DNA from: a virus
Taxonomy: Duplodnaviria; Caudoviricetes
Strand: one strand, 5' to 3'
IMG/VR virus record: IMGVR_UViG_2848581113_000005
Span: 18,406 to 82,405 of that record
DNA length: 64,000 nucleotides
The translations under genes were made by a program, and so were the position numbers. Each line of letters opens with the position of its first letter. Position 1 is the stretch's first letter. Shown piece after piece: positions 17,877 to 27,083 of the stretch. Below the pieces are notes generated by a model that made no database searches, was not told the origin of the DNA, and saw only the letters and a list, made by a program, of their open reading frames with translations.

Positions 17877-18452
17877 TTATTGCTGATCTTCCGCATAGAT
17901 GCCGGCTGAGATAATCGCCCCGCCAATACGGCGCTTGCCATAGCCCACCGGCACGGGATTCCCCTGTGCGATGGAGTTGACCGGTCCCCCAAAGGCATAG
18001 GACGGTTTATTGTCCGGATCTTCCCGTCGGGCCAGTCCCCCCGGCATCGGCGACAGCATCTGCACCACGCCCCCCAGCATCATCGACACCCCTGACATCA
18101 CCAGCGGCACCCCGTATGGCGTGGCCCACATAAACGCCCCGGCCACCACCATCACCGCCCCGAGGATAGTCTGAAAAACACCCCCGCGTTTGCTGCCAAT
18201 CACCACCGGGGCAATGCGGATGTCGTCCTCACCGGAAAATGCCAGTTCATCCCGGCTGATATTGCGTTTTCCGCTGAACACCGCAAAGGTCAGTCCACGC
18301 TCTTTCGCGGTCAGCAGGAACTTTTCGAAGCCGTCAATTAAGACAGACAGCGCCCGGATGGCTTCCCGGGGAGATGATACGGCCAATTGATACTCCCGCC
18401 CGAAGCGCGCACCGAGTATTCCGTATAACCGTATTATTCGTACTGTTTCCAT
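17877..18452 (-). CDS. Tail assembly protein I
   Basis: IRLYGILGARFGR...PSYAFGGPVNSIAQGNPVPVGYG. Confidence 0.92.
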   Translation of the reverse strand: METVRIIRLYGILGARFGREYQLAVSSPREAIRALSVLIDGFEKFLLTAKERGLTFAVFSGKRNISRDELAFSGEDDIRIAPVVIGSKRGGVFQTILGAVMVVAGAFMWATPYGVPLVMSGVSMMLGGVVQMLSPMPGGLARREDPDNKPSYAFGGPVNSIAQGNPVPVGYGKRRIGGAIISAGIYAEDQQ

Positions 18453-18455
18453 GAT

Positions 18456-19196
18456 TCACTCCAATAAAAAACCTGCCGAAGCAGATTGATGTCGATAACG
18501 TAAGATTAATCTCGTTCGCTCCTGCCAGTACCCACTGTAAGACACGCGATTGCTAAGCTGCCCATACATATGGTGTAACATTAATCCCTCACCGAGATAG
18601 ATCCCGGCATGATTGGGTTCTTTGGCCTGTACCTGCATAATAATCACATCACCGACCTGTAATTCATCACTACACTCAATAAATCCAGCAGTAGCATAGT
18701 TCTGCATATACAGGTTTTCGCCCCGATTCCACCAGCCATCTGAACGCGCAAAGTCTGGGATATCAATATTGCGTTCCAGCCGATACCAGTCACGGACAAT
18801 GGCATAGCAGTCCCAGATGCCGTGCACGAACGGGCGACCGAGCAAAGGCTTGATGCCTTCGTTGGGCATTAAGGTACGGATATCCCCCTCCGGCCACGAC
18901 ACAATCACCCACGGGAGTTGTGACAGGTCGCACTGGGCGATATCCAACTGGCTGGGTTGCGTGGTGGCGTCAGGGTGGCTGTGAACAATGGCAACAATCG
19001 TTCCGGCATCTTCGGCTCTCGCGTAGTCTTCGGGGTGAAGGCTGAATTGTTCTGTGGGTGAAGGGGCGGTATTGCGGCAGGGAATATAGTGCTGTTTGCG
19101 GCTGTTTTGTATCACCAGACCACAGCATTCATTGGGGTATTCGGCCTGTGCGTGGTCGGTGATATCACTGACAACATTTTTACGTAATATTTTCAT
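18456..19196 (-). CDS. Tail tip protein K (JAB plus NlpC/P60)
   Basis: ECCGL, VHSHP, WDCY, NHAGIYLG. Confidence 0.92.
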   Translation of the reverse strand: MKILRKNVVSDITDHAQAEYPNECCGLVIQNSRKQHYIPCRNTAPSPTEQFSLHPEDYARAEDAGTIVAIVHSHPDATTQPSQLDIAQCDLSQLPWVIVSWPEGDIRTLMPNEGIKPLLGRPFVHGIWDCYAIVRDWYRLERNIDIPDFARSDGWWNRGENLYMQNYATAGFIECSDELQVGDVIIMQVQAKEPNHAGIYLGEGLMLHHMYGQLSNRVSYSGYWQERTRLILRYRHQSASAGFLLE

Positions 19197-19197
19197 A

Positions 19198-19938
19198 TCA
19201 CCGCCTTAGCAGTGCAGAGCCGGGGAAGCCACCAAACGGAAGCTGATTACCTTTTCCAAAACGCACTTCGCATCCCGTAGACAACAACCCAGAACATGCA
19301 TCTTTCGAAGGATCGTCAGTCGGGTTACCATCTTCATCAAAATACTTTGTTCCCGTGTAGTTGCAGGGAGACTTACGATACAGTCCCCGCATACACCATG
19401 TGCACAAACTATGAATTTGGCGTGTTGGAATTTTAATACCCTGTAAATCAGCAGGGGAAGACAAGGCAAAATGCACCTCGGTATTGTCTTCATGTGTCTT
19501 ACTGTCAATATAGAAAACATCGATTCTTTCCTGCGTGGGATCGGCTTCTGGATTCCCGTCTGGAAAATTACGGGCATCCAGATAATGCGAAAATGTCATA
19601 TGAATCGTGACGCGCGCCTGAACTAGGTTCTGATACGCCAGACACATTGCACTAATGGTGCCATCCAAATTGGCGACACTGAGCAGGGGTGAGACAGTTC
19701 CACCATCACTATTTACCTCCAAACCCTCAGTTCTGACAGGCCACGCTTTATACTCCTTGTCCTGCCACCAAATTGATTTAGCGGGTAAATTATCAACATA
19801 TCCCAGTTCCTTTTCTGTGTAAGGAATAGAGTGATTATGAAAGTACAGCTCTGGCCCACCAAATGCCGAACCATCGACAGCAAATAATAAGACTTTGTTT
19901 CCTGCTTCCAGTTTTTGTACGTCTGACGTTATGCTCAT
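19198..19938 (-). CDS. Minor tail protein L
   Basis: C-terminal Cys cluster and LPFGGFPG. Confidence 0.92.
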   Translation of the reverse strand: MSITSDVQKLEAGNKVLLFAVDGSAFGGPELYFHNHSIPYTEKELGYVDNLPAKSIWWQDKEYKAWPVRTEGLEVNSDGGTVSPLLSVANLDGTISAMCLAYQNLVQARVTIHMTFSHYLDARNFPDGNPEADPTQERIDVFYIDSKTHEDNTEVHFALSSPADLQGIKIPTRQIHSLCTWCMRGLYRKSPCNYTGTKYFDEDGNPTDDPSKDACSGLLSTGCEVRFGKGNQLPFGGFPGSALLRR

Positions 19939-20282
19939 GCGCTAAATGCCTGTTCAAATGTTGCTGATATTTTCATAACTCCACCCGCCATCGGAGTCAT
20001 GGTTATTGAGTCTGCTTTAATACGGTATAATCCTTTCTCACCGAATGGTGGCGTCCATATAAATGACTTCAGGGTGTGCCTTCGAATAAACTGAAAAATG
20101 GGCATCACTTCATCTTTCAGCCCCATGTAAGAGTAAGGCCATATCTGGGTTTCCGGATTAATGCCATCTCCTGAAACCTGCTTATAGCCATCACCAAATT
20201 CAACCACTCTGATTCGATGTTTAAATTCACCGCTGGGCGAGTCCTGAATTTGAGTTCGCCATTTAAATTCTTCAATAGCCAT
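19935..20282 (-). CDS. Minor tail protein M
   Basis: FGDGYKQ...GIN, SFIWTPP, ATFEQAF. Confidence 0.92.
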   Translation of the reverse strand: MAIEEFKWRTQIQDSPSGEFKHRIRVVEFGDGYKQVSGDGINPETQIWPYSYMGLKDEVMPIFQFIRRHTLKSFIWTPPFGEKGLYRIKADSITMTPMAGGVMKISATFEQAFSA

Positions 20283-20293
20283 ATAAGCACCTA

Positions 20294-20383
20294 TAAAAAA
20301 ACCTCACCGAAGTGAGGTTATTGAATGTAAAAAAACCGCAGTTAAGCGGCCTTAGAAATGAAAAACCCGCACGAGGCGGGTTT
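20294..20383 (-). terminator. Three stacked intrinsic terminators
   Basis: Hairpins AACCTCAC/GTGAGGTT, CCGC/GCGG and AACCCGC/GCGGGTT, each preceded by an A run on the + strand. Confidence 0.7.
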
Positions 20384-21110
20384 AGGGGTATAGTTTATCT
20401 TTACTAATGATATTGACCAAATGGTGGCAAGGTTCCATTGATAGCTTCATTTCCGACCCCCATAGAGCCATGTCGTGCTGATCTAACCCATCTGCACTCC
20501 ACGGAAGGATACCTTTAATCCCATGTCCATATGGTGTTAACACATCTATAAATTGTTTTTCCGTACAGTCATAGACTCTGACTTCACCAATTTTTATCAT
20601 TCCTTGCGCCCATAATCGACCACCTAGAATGGTTTGTATATGATCACAAATTAAATAATCATGTTTTGAAAGCAAGCATTTATATATTTGCTTGGCAATA
20701 CCAACACCTTGATAGTTAATGAGTACTTCAATACCTCTTATCTGTTTACCTGTTTTTAGAATACCATCGTCATAAAAGTTAAAATCATTAAATGCTACCC
20801 TGCCAATCAGCGAATCTTCATTAGGTTCATGCATATCTAATGACAATAATTCTTCAATTATCTGCCATTTTTTTAACCCTGCGCTTTTTAGTACGGCTGC
20901 ATGATGCGAATAGAAATCCTTTGTTCCGCATCCCATCTCGACTAACTCGCAATAGTAATCGAACTCACTACCAATTAATGCATATTCAATCACTCTAACT
21001 AAATCGCCATCAGAAGATAAGTAATGAAATGTGTCTATTATTGTCTCTGATGTACTGAAAGGCTTGCGCTTTAAATCCTTAGAATAGTTTTTAGTGAAAT
21101 TAGGAGCCAA
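20382..21110 (-). CDS. GNAT-like acetyltransferase moron protein
   Basis: IRGIEVLINYQGVGIAKQIY resembles the GNAT acetyl-CoA motif A; AT-rich. Confidence 0.55.
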   Translation of the reverse strand: MAPNFTKNYSKDLKRKPFSTSETIIDTFHYLSSDGDLVRVIEYALIGSEFDYYCELVEMGCGTKDFYSHHAAVLKSAGLKKWQIIEELLSLDMHEPNEDSLIGRVAFNDFNFYDDGILKTGKQIRGIEVLINYQGVGIAKQIYKCLLSKHDYLICDHIQTILGGRLWAQGMIKIGEVRVYDCTEKQFIDVLTPYGHGIKGILPWSADGLDQHDMALWGSEMKLSMEPCHHLVNIISKDKLYP

Positions 21111-21125
21111 TTCGCTATCTCCGGT

Positions 21126-21476
21126 TTAGTGAAGAGATAAACTATTATACTGTGACATAAAACCAATAATTGAAGATTTAATCAGCTTTATAGTCTTATC
21201 AGCATCTATGCACAATTCAGGGTATTGTGTTTTAGGGTCAACTATAACATTCACTTTGTTACGTCTGTATAAGAATTCCGCAAAGGGAACAACATAAAAG
21301 GCATCGCTTTTATTATCGTTGTTTATTGTAACGATAAATATTTGCCGATTAGGATCATTTCTAAAGCTCAACCGTCGAATAAAAAAATCTTTCTGCAAAC
21401 GGTCATCAAAGAACCTATCAACTATTTCCGTCGAGTGGCTAATAGTCTGTATAGATCTGGTATGTTCAGTTCTCAT
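21126..21476 (-). CDS. Hypothetical moron protein, co-transcribed with the GNAT-like gene
   Basis: 116-aa ORF 15 bp upstream of the GNAT-like ORF; AT-rich. Confidence 0.65.
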   Translation of the reverse strand: MRTEHTRSIQTISHSTEIVDRFFDDRLQKDFFIRRLSFRNDPNRQIFIVTINNDNKSDAFYVVPFAEFLYRRNKVNVIVDPKTQYPELCIDADKTIKLIKSSIIGFMSQYNSLSLH

Positions 21477-21662
21477 ATAGCCCCTAACGTTATGAAATTA
21501 AAGTAAATAAATGATTGGCATTTATCTCATTGGCAAATTACCTTAAGGTAATCATAGGGGCATCTTGATATCAAATCAATAACCGCGGTTATATTTCTTT
21601 TGTTTCGTTGACCATTAAAACGTATCAAAATGTTTCAGTTTTTAGCCATCCGTGGCTTGGGG

Positions 21663-22487
21663 TTAGTTTAGCAAACCAACTTTCCGTTCAAGCGCACGCT
21701 TCGTCGAGTAAGTCGCTCCGGATACATCCCATAAGTAAGTATGAAACCTAGAAGTAATCGGTGAATTCAGTAATACCATCGCTGGTGATATCGATTCTTC
21801 CCAAATGTCAGCCATCTTCTTAAGCTGTCTGTAAATTACACCAATGTTACTTAATTCAAGAGATAGGTCTATTTCCGTAGATTGAGGTACAAACAATTCT
21901 TCACGCCCCAGAAACTCACCTTCAATCGCTTTGGTTGCCAGATACTCTATTGCAGAGGGTAATTGTTCATCTGTAAGCTCATTTATATGACTTACTCCAA
22001 ACTCATGATGCACCATTTGGAATAGCTTCTTGCTATTTATTCCATATTTGCCCATCAACGTATTAACCAGACCACGTAATGGTGTACGATCTTCGACTGT
22101 GGTTTTTTTAGCTTTAACCTCGCCAGTTGTCCAGTATTCATAAAGAACGTCATCACACTCTTCCTGATAACGGATAACTTTATCCCTGATCGATGCTTTC
22201 ACTTTATTAGGGCTGATAGTGGCTAACCAGCCAGCAAGTTTGCGGAGGGCTAGACAAGCCATATTGCGTTTTTTGCCATCTGCGGCAACTATAACGATTT
22301 CCGTTACAGTTGATTTAAATCTTTGTTTTATCTTCTCTAATTGCGATTGCCAAGCTAAACCCATGCCATCAACAATAGGTCGCATAGGTACATATGGTTC
22401 ACCATTATAATTAACCAAATATAGATGATCGCCGTGAAATGGGACGTTGATTGTGTTACTTGATTCATTAAGTGGTATACTTAGCAT
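21663..22487 (-). CDS. Antirepressor (P22 Ant N-terminal domain)
   Basis: VPFHGDHLYLVNYNGEPYVPMRPIVDGMGLAWQSQ...LRKLAGWLATISPNKV...YQEECDDVLYEYW. Confidence 0.9.
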   Translation of the reverse strand: MLSIPLNESSNTINVPFHGDHLYLVNYNGEPYVPMRPIVDGMGLAWQSQLEKIKQRFKSTVTEIVIVAADGKKRNMACLALRKLAGWLATISPNKVKASIRDKVIRYQEECDDVLYEYWTTGEVKAKKTTVEDRTPLRGLVNTLMGKYGINSKKLFQMVHHEFGVSHINELTDEQLPSAIEYLATKAIEGEFLGREELFVPQSTEIDLSLELSNIGVIYRQLKKMADIWEESISPAMVLLNSPITSRFHTYLWDVSGATYSTKRALERKVGLLN

Positions 22488-22565
22488 GTCTATATTCCTT
22501 TGGTCGGTATTAGACGATTTAGAAGCCCCTCGCTATTACCAGTAGTTCGGGGCTTCGCTGTTTTA
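22488..22565 (+). ncRNA. Sar-like antisense RNA over the antirepressor RBS
   Basis: Extended -10 TGGTATACT (22473-22481) inside the ant 5' end; GAAGCCCC...GGGGCTTC hairpin followed by a U-rich tail; same layout as P22 sar. Confidence 0.55.
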
Positions 22566-22736
22566 AGTCAATAACATTTATTACGTGATTGTTACGTTTT
22601 GTAAAGATTTCTATAGTGAATTTGGGAAGCGCTTCTAAAATTAGACCAATCAATCTATTATTAACGGGTGATCGGTTGCATTAGTTATATAGTGTGATAA
22701 TTTAGCTAGCTTCCTACCGTCCGTAGCATTCAATCC

Positions 22737-23447
22737 TTAAGCTACTTCTACTTTCAAATCCGTAGCTGAAAATCTACCCATTTTGGCGTGATACCACTGT
22801 GAACCGCGCTGTTCTGCTTCTTTCATCATTTGACGCAGTGCTTTTTCGAATGACTCTTCATGCACTACTGACATTTGAGTAACTTGTCCGCCCGGTGCAA
22901 CATGAGGGACTTTTTTGTGAGGCACTGACCAAGCCATGACCAGCTGCCTGCTTTTGGCATCACTCAATCCATAAGTAGCTTTTAGGTAACTATAACCTTG
23001 GTAACCAACGGGAATAGTACCTTGCTCCATGTGTTCCATTTTCTGCTCAACAACAGCGATACGGCGATCGTGTTCAACATTTGCCAATGCCATAGCTGCA
23101 ATGATTTCATTTGGCGTTGTTAGCCTGCTGTTGTACATAGTTTCCAATTTATCGACTAGTGAACGGCGAACCGTCTTTGATTCGCGAGCAGCAACACGAA
23201 GAGCCTGTTTGATATTCATTGAGATTACCTCAATCGGCCTACCGCCAGCTTCGCCAGAAGGTTTTACGAAAGTTTCGTAAAACTCTCCATTGAGTTCATC
23301 CTTGATTCTATTTAAAAAGTCGTTATTTCTGATTGGCTTTTCATTGCATTCTTGACGTGTTTGGTTCACAAGAATCAACAACTGCTGGGTGTCAATGGTT
23401 TTTTCGGTGACAAAATTGAAGCTATTTGCTACATTGTGATTAGTCAT
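22737..23447 (-). CDS. Antirepressor-like / Rha-related DNA-binding protein
   Basis: IRNNDFLNRIKDEL, GGRP, QALRVAARESKTVRRSLVDKLE; GGAG RBS before MTNHN. Confidence 0.7.
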   Translation of the reverse strand: MTNHNVANSFNFVTEKTIDTQQLLILVNQTRQECNEKPIRNNDFLNRIKDELNGEFYETFVKPSGEAGGRPIEVISMNIKQALRVAARESKTVRRSLVDKLETMYNSRLTTPNEIIAAMALANVEHDRRIAVVEQKMEHMEQGTIPVGYQGYSYLKATYGLSDAKSRQLVMAWSVPHKKVPHVAPGGQVTQMSVVHEESFEKALRQMMKEAEQRGSQWYHAKMGRFSATDLKVEVA

Positions 23448-23640
23448 TAAAAACTCTCCGTAGAGTTGGTCTGTTTGAAACCAGTAGCCGTTAACTACTG
23501 GTTTTCTGTTTTTAGAACACCTGCAAGTGTTCTGGAAAATTGAATTGTCATTCGTTACAATGGCTAAGTTGTTTATCTCGCACGGTAAATGACACTCAGA
23601 AGCCCTAACTGTCCCCAAAACAGTTGGGGTTTCGTTGTTT

Positions 23641-23811
23641 CTATACTGCATTCTTTCGTTGCCCTGCTACTCTATTCATTCTGTCTTTCAATGTTTTCAC
23701 AATCTCAGCGTTTAGAGAGCGCTCGCTTTTGTCTGACTCCTCTTCGTACCACGCTCTAACTTCGGGTGGCATTCTTAAAGGATAAGGGGGGATTCTTTGC
23801 TTATGACTCAT
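23641..23811 (-). CDS. Arc-like ribbon-helix-helix repressor (56 aa, not in the ORF track)
   Basis: Hand translation MSHKQRIPPYPLRMPPEVRAWYEEESDKSERSLNAEIVKTLKDRMNRVAGQRKNAV; AAGGA RBS. Confidence 0.85.
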   Translation of the reverse strand: MSHKQRIPPYPLRMPPEVRAWYEEESDKSERSLNAEIVKTLKDRMNRVAGQRKNAV

Positions 23812-23936
23812 AATGATTCCTTTTTTCTCCTTGAAATCAACTTATCATGGTTAAATGATGGATCATAAGGACTCACTTGTCAAACATATATTTGCTATCT
23901 AAACTGCCGGATAGTGAGTCTAAAGGAGTCAACATA

Positions 23937-24347
23937 ATGTCACGTATAGCGCCATACCCTTTACGAATGCCGCCTGAGTTAAGGGAAGCGTTAGAAGAGA
24001 GAGCGAAAAAATCAAAGAGAAGCCTCCAGCAAGAGGTCATTTACCACATTGATATGTCGCTACAACTCGAAAAGCTTCTCGCATCTGCACCTCCATCATC
24101 AGATGATACTTATACGCGGATGGCAAAAGCATTGAGGCTGGAAAACGAAGTCAAAAAGAAGAATGAAGATATTGAAAGACTAAAAATGCAAGTCAGTTTG
24201 TTGGCTGAGTCAACTAAAGGGTCTGACATAAATAGATTTAATACCATTCGGCAAAATGTTGAGATCATGCGATCAGCTATAAACAAGATTGAAAACGCAA
24301 TGCCACCAGAACTAATAGCCACAAACCCCAACAAAAAAGCCCCGTGA
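23937..24347 (+). CDS. Mnt-like Arc-family repressor with a coiled-coil C-terminus
   Basis: PYPLRMPPELREALEERAKKSKRSLQQEV; divergent from arc as in P22 immI. Confidence 0.8.
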   Translation: MSRIAPYPLRMPPELREALEERAKKSKRSLQQEVIYHIDMSLQLEKLLASAPPSSDDTYTRMAKALRLENEVKKKNEDIERLKMQVSLLAESTKGSDINRFNTIRQNVEIMRSAINKIENAMPPELIATNPNKKAP

Positions 24348-24389
24348 TGGGGCTGATTGGCTTTTGGGTACTATTTACAAATAGGGCTA

Positions 24390-24554
24390 TTACTTCTCAT
24401 GACCACCTGACAATTCATTATCCCAGTACTTTATTTTCCTGATGAATGCTTCATGAATTTCACTAGGCAGAGTGCGCTTTATTGTGGATATTTCATCTTC
24501 AAAATCTTTATAGATGCTAGTTGAATCCCGCCCTGCCTGTAGGTGACTATTCTT
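24390..24554 (-). pseudogene. 3' remnant of a paralog of the 25177-25764 gene
   Basis: Start-less frame ...YKDFEDEISTIKRTLPSEIHEAFIRKIKYW... aligns by eye with ELHYQSEIEILNKGLPKAIRNQFQERYIYW. Confidence 0.5.
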
Positions 24555-24568
24555 AAATTGAATTGTTT

Positions 24569-24862
24569 CTATTTCTTTATTGTTTCAGACATGTTTTTAT
24601 CATACTGATCTTGAATGTAATTAAACATCTTTATAGCTTCAGAACATTCATCATTTTTTTTATTTTTCAACTTACAGCTATAATAAGTCAGCGTATTGAT
24701 GCTTGAAATGGCACTTAAATTCTCAATTTGCCATTTACAAAAGTCAGGGTCTTCATGCCCTGAGCAAGTGGCATTTACCATTTCTATAAAAAAATCTTTC
24801 TCAATTTCTTTTGCTTGCCCAAGTGCCGGAATGAGAAGCACTAACCATAAAAATTTTTTCAT
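24569..24862 (-). CDS. Small secreted protein with four Cys (moron)
   Basis: Signal peptide MKKFLWLVLLIPALGQA; GGAGG RBS. Confidence 0.7.
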   Translation of the reverse strand: MKKFLWLVLLIPALGQAKEIEKDFFIEMVNATCSGHEDPDFCKWQIENLSAISSINTLTYYSCKLKNKKNDECSEAIKMFNYIQDQYDKNMSETIKK

Positions 24863-25176
24863 CTATACCTCCAATAATTTTTAACTTATGCAATGGTAGC
24901 CTATAGATATTGCAATTTGAAGCAAACAAAAACCCACCGAAGCGGGTTATAAATTATGGTTTGTATGTAGTTTATCGGCTCGGAAGTCTTATAGTTATGC
25001 AGGTTTGCACAGTTTACCTTAATAAGTTATGCGCATATTTGCATAGTGCTTTTTCAATGAGTTAGATTTAATCCAACCATAACAAACTGATTTCACTTAA
25101 TTATAACGAATCGTTAGAACCAAAAAAAGCCCATAGGATTATTTGGCTCTTGGGGCAGATCATATGACTCTTCATA

Positions 25177-25764
25177 TCATTCGTTAAGCTTAATACTATG
25201 AAGCCAATATATATATCTTTCCTGAAATTGGTTACGTATTGCTTTTGGTAGCCCTTTATTAAGGATCTCTATTTCCGATTGATAATGAAGCTCTATCTCT
25301 TGAGTTTCCTTGTCTATGTTTGCTTTTATCAACGTTTCTGATAATTCCTTAACCCTATCATCTATTAATTCTATTCCATCCTTCCTTCTTTTATAGAAAA
25401 ACTCAGGTGGGACTTTGGATGGCTTAAACTTTTTAAGAGTTACTTCTTCTATTTTTTCTTGAACTTCGCTGCCACAATGCTTGCATTTAAGCGCTTCAAT
25501 GTTGATCAGCTCTGCACAAAATGGACATTTTATTTGATTGCTTTTACTATCACCATCAAGAGCTTTCCTTCCTCCAAAGATAGTCAACAGCAAGCCACAC
25601 AAAGCAACAAAACAGCTAATCAATAAGAAATTTTGTCTTTGTGCCACTAACCCGATATTGTTAACCCTTCCACCATATCCAGTTGCTACACTCACATCCA
25701 TATTAAGTGATGCAAAAATAGCAATAACACCGATTACCAGAAGGAAGATTCCAAAATTTTTCAT
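25177..25764 (-). CDS. Membrane protein with a zinc ribbon (moron)
   Basis: Two TM segments, then KCPFCAELINIEALKCKHCG. Confidence 0.8.
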   Translation of the reverse strand: MKNFGIFLLVIGVIAIFASLNMDVSVATGYGGRVNNIGLVAQRQNFLLISCFVALCGLLLTIFGGRKALDGDSKSNQIKCPFCAELINIEALKCKHCGSEVQEKIEEVTLKKFKPSKVPPEFFYKRRKDGIELIDDRVKELSETLIKANIDKETQEIELHYQSEIEILNKGLPKAIRNQFQERYIYWLHSIKLNE

Positions 25765-25833
25765 CCCAAGCCTCTATTTAATTAATGCATTGATTGATTA
25801 TTCCATGAACAAATTAAATTATTTAAACAAAAT

Positions 25834-26312
25834 CTACAATTTCCAGCCACAAGCTGTGGATATTTCTTTTGCGACTTCATTTATGTGGTCTATTTTAAAT
25901 TCGACGACTATTTGAGTCTTTCCATATGGTTTATACCCAAAGATTACATTTTGTTTACCATATATTTTTTTTATGAACCCCACTGGACTTGGAGCAAAAG
26001 CAGAATCATTACCTCCCCCATAACCCAACTTTCAGTTATTGCATTTTTTTTATCTATCCTGAATGTCACTTTAGTATAATCGTCAATTCCTAGATATTCA
26101 TCTGTCGCAAGGTAAGCTTCTGTTCTATTGTTCCCACATCGTAATACTAATGCTCCCTCTCCGCTTTCTGGTGACAAAACAGCGAAGTAGTCAACCTTAT
26201 CTGTGAGCTTATTTACTTCTTTTGTAATAAACCATTTACCAAGATCTTGATATTCACTTGCAGTTGAAATTAACGGCAACAAACAAGTGAAAACCAATAA
26301 TAACCTTTTCAT
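25834..26312 (-). pseudogene. Secreted VasI/TagO-like protein split by a 1-bp frameshift
   Basis: Signal peptide, LVLRCGNNRTE, C-terminal TACGW; adding one G at 26024-26026 joins the 113-aa and 64-aa ORFs. Confidence 0.6.
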
Positions 26313-26500
26313 CCTTCACCCTCATTCTAATCAGATACATGAATCTTAGTTAAAATGCGATGCAAAATGAAGCAAAATAGACAGTTGCAAGTCGTAATGT
26401 GATCTACGCATAAGCATATATTCCCATTTAATTTATGGTTACATCTCAGCCCAAAGCAACCAACCGGAGGGATGGCTGATTAACTCCGGGGAGATGTGAT

Positions 26501-27028
26501 ATGGATAGAAATAAATACAATGAGAAATTTACAAAATTTCCATATAAAACAAACATTCGCGAAGATGACATTAATAATGGGGGTATAGACCTAACAAAAG
26601 AACCGCATCGAATTGATGAAATTCATGAAATCCAAGACTATCCTTTTATGAAAAAAATCTTACTAAATATTAACGCAAAAAACCAAACATACATGACATT
26701 TGGTTGTGATTTTGGCATCTTAAATGATAACCATTGTGGGTATATCGATTTTTCATATAGACCAGACAAAATTCCTGCTGACTATACCGCCATACGAAAT
26801 TTAGATAATGATTTTTATAGGTATTTATCTAATCTTGATTTACCTTGGAGTGCTCCCGGTAGTCCAGTAGACTACGCCAAAAACGCGCTTCGTTGGGAAT
26901 ATTCAGGTCTAGTAGTTTATGATTCCCCCAAATATGAGAAAGTTTCTCTTTGGATGCGTGCGAAAGAGTATGAAGCTCTTGAGTGGTTGGCAACTTATGT
27001 TCATGACTTTTTGATTGATCATCACTAA
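26501..27028 (+). CDS. Hypothetical moron protein, opposite strand to the late operon
   Basis: 175-aa ORF with GGAG RBS and a terminator at 27046-27068. Confidence 0.75.
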   Translation: MDRNKYNEKFTKFPYKTNIREDDINNGGIDLTKEPHRIDEIHEIQDYPFMKKILLNINAKNQTYMTFGCDFGILNDNHCGYIDFSYRPDKIPADYTAIRNLDNDFYRYLSNLDLPWSAPGSPVDYAKNALRWEYSGLVVYDSPKYEKVSLWMRAKEYEALEWLATYVHDFLIDHH

Positions 27029-27083
27029 TCATAATTATTTCTCACAAAAAGCCACCGTATTGGTGGCTACTGGTTAATAATTT

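Noticed and set aside
23448-23651. N-terminal 68 aa of the 304-aa ORF
   Set aside because: It spans hairpins and the arc stop; a good RBS lies before the Met at 23447
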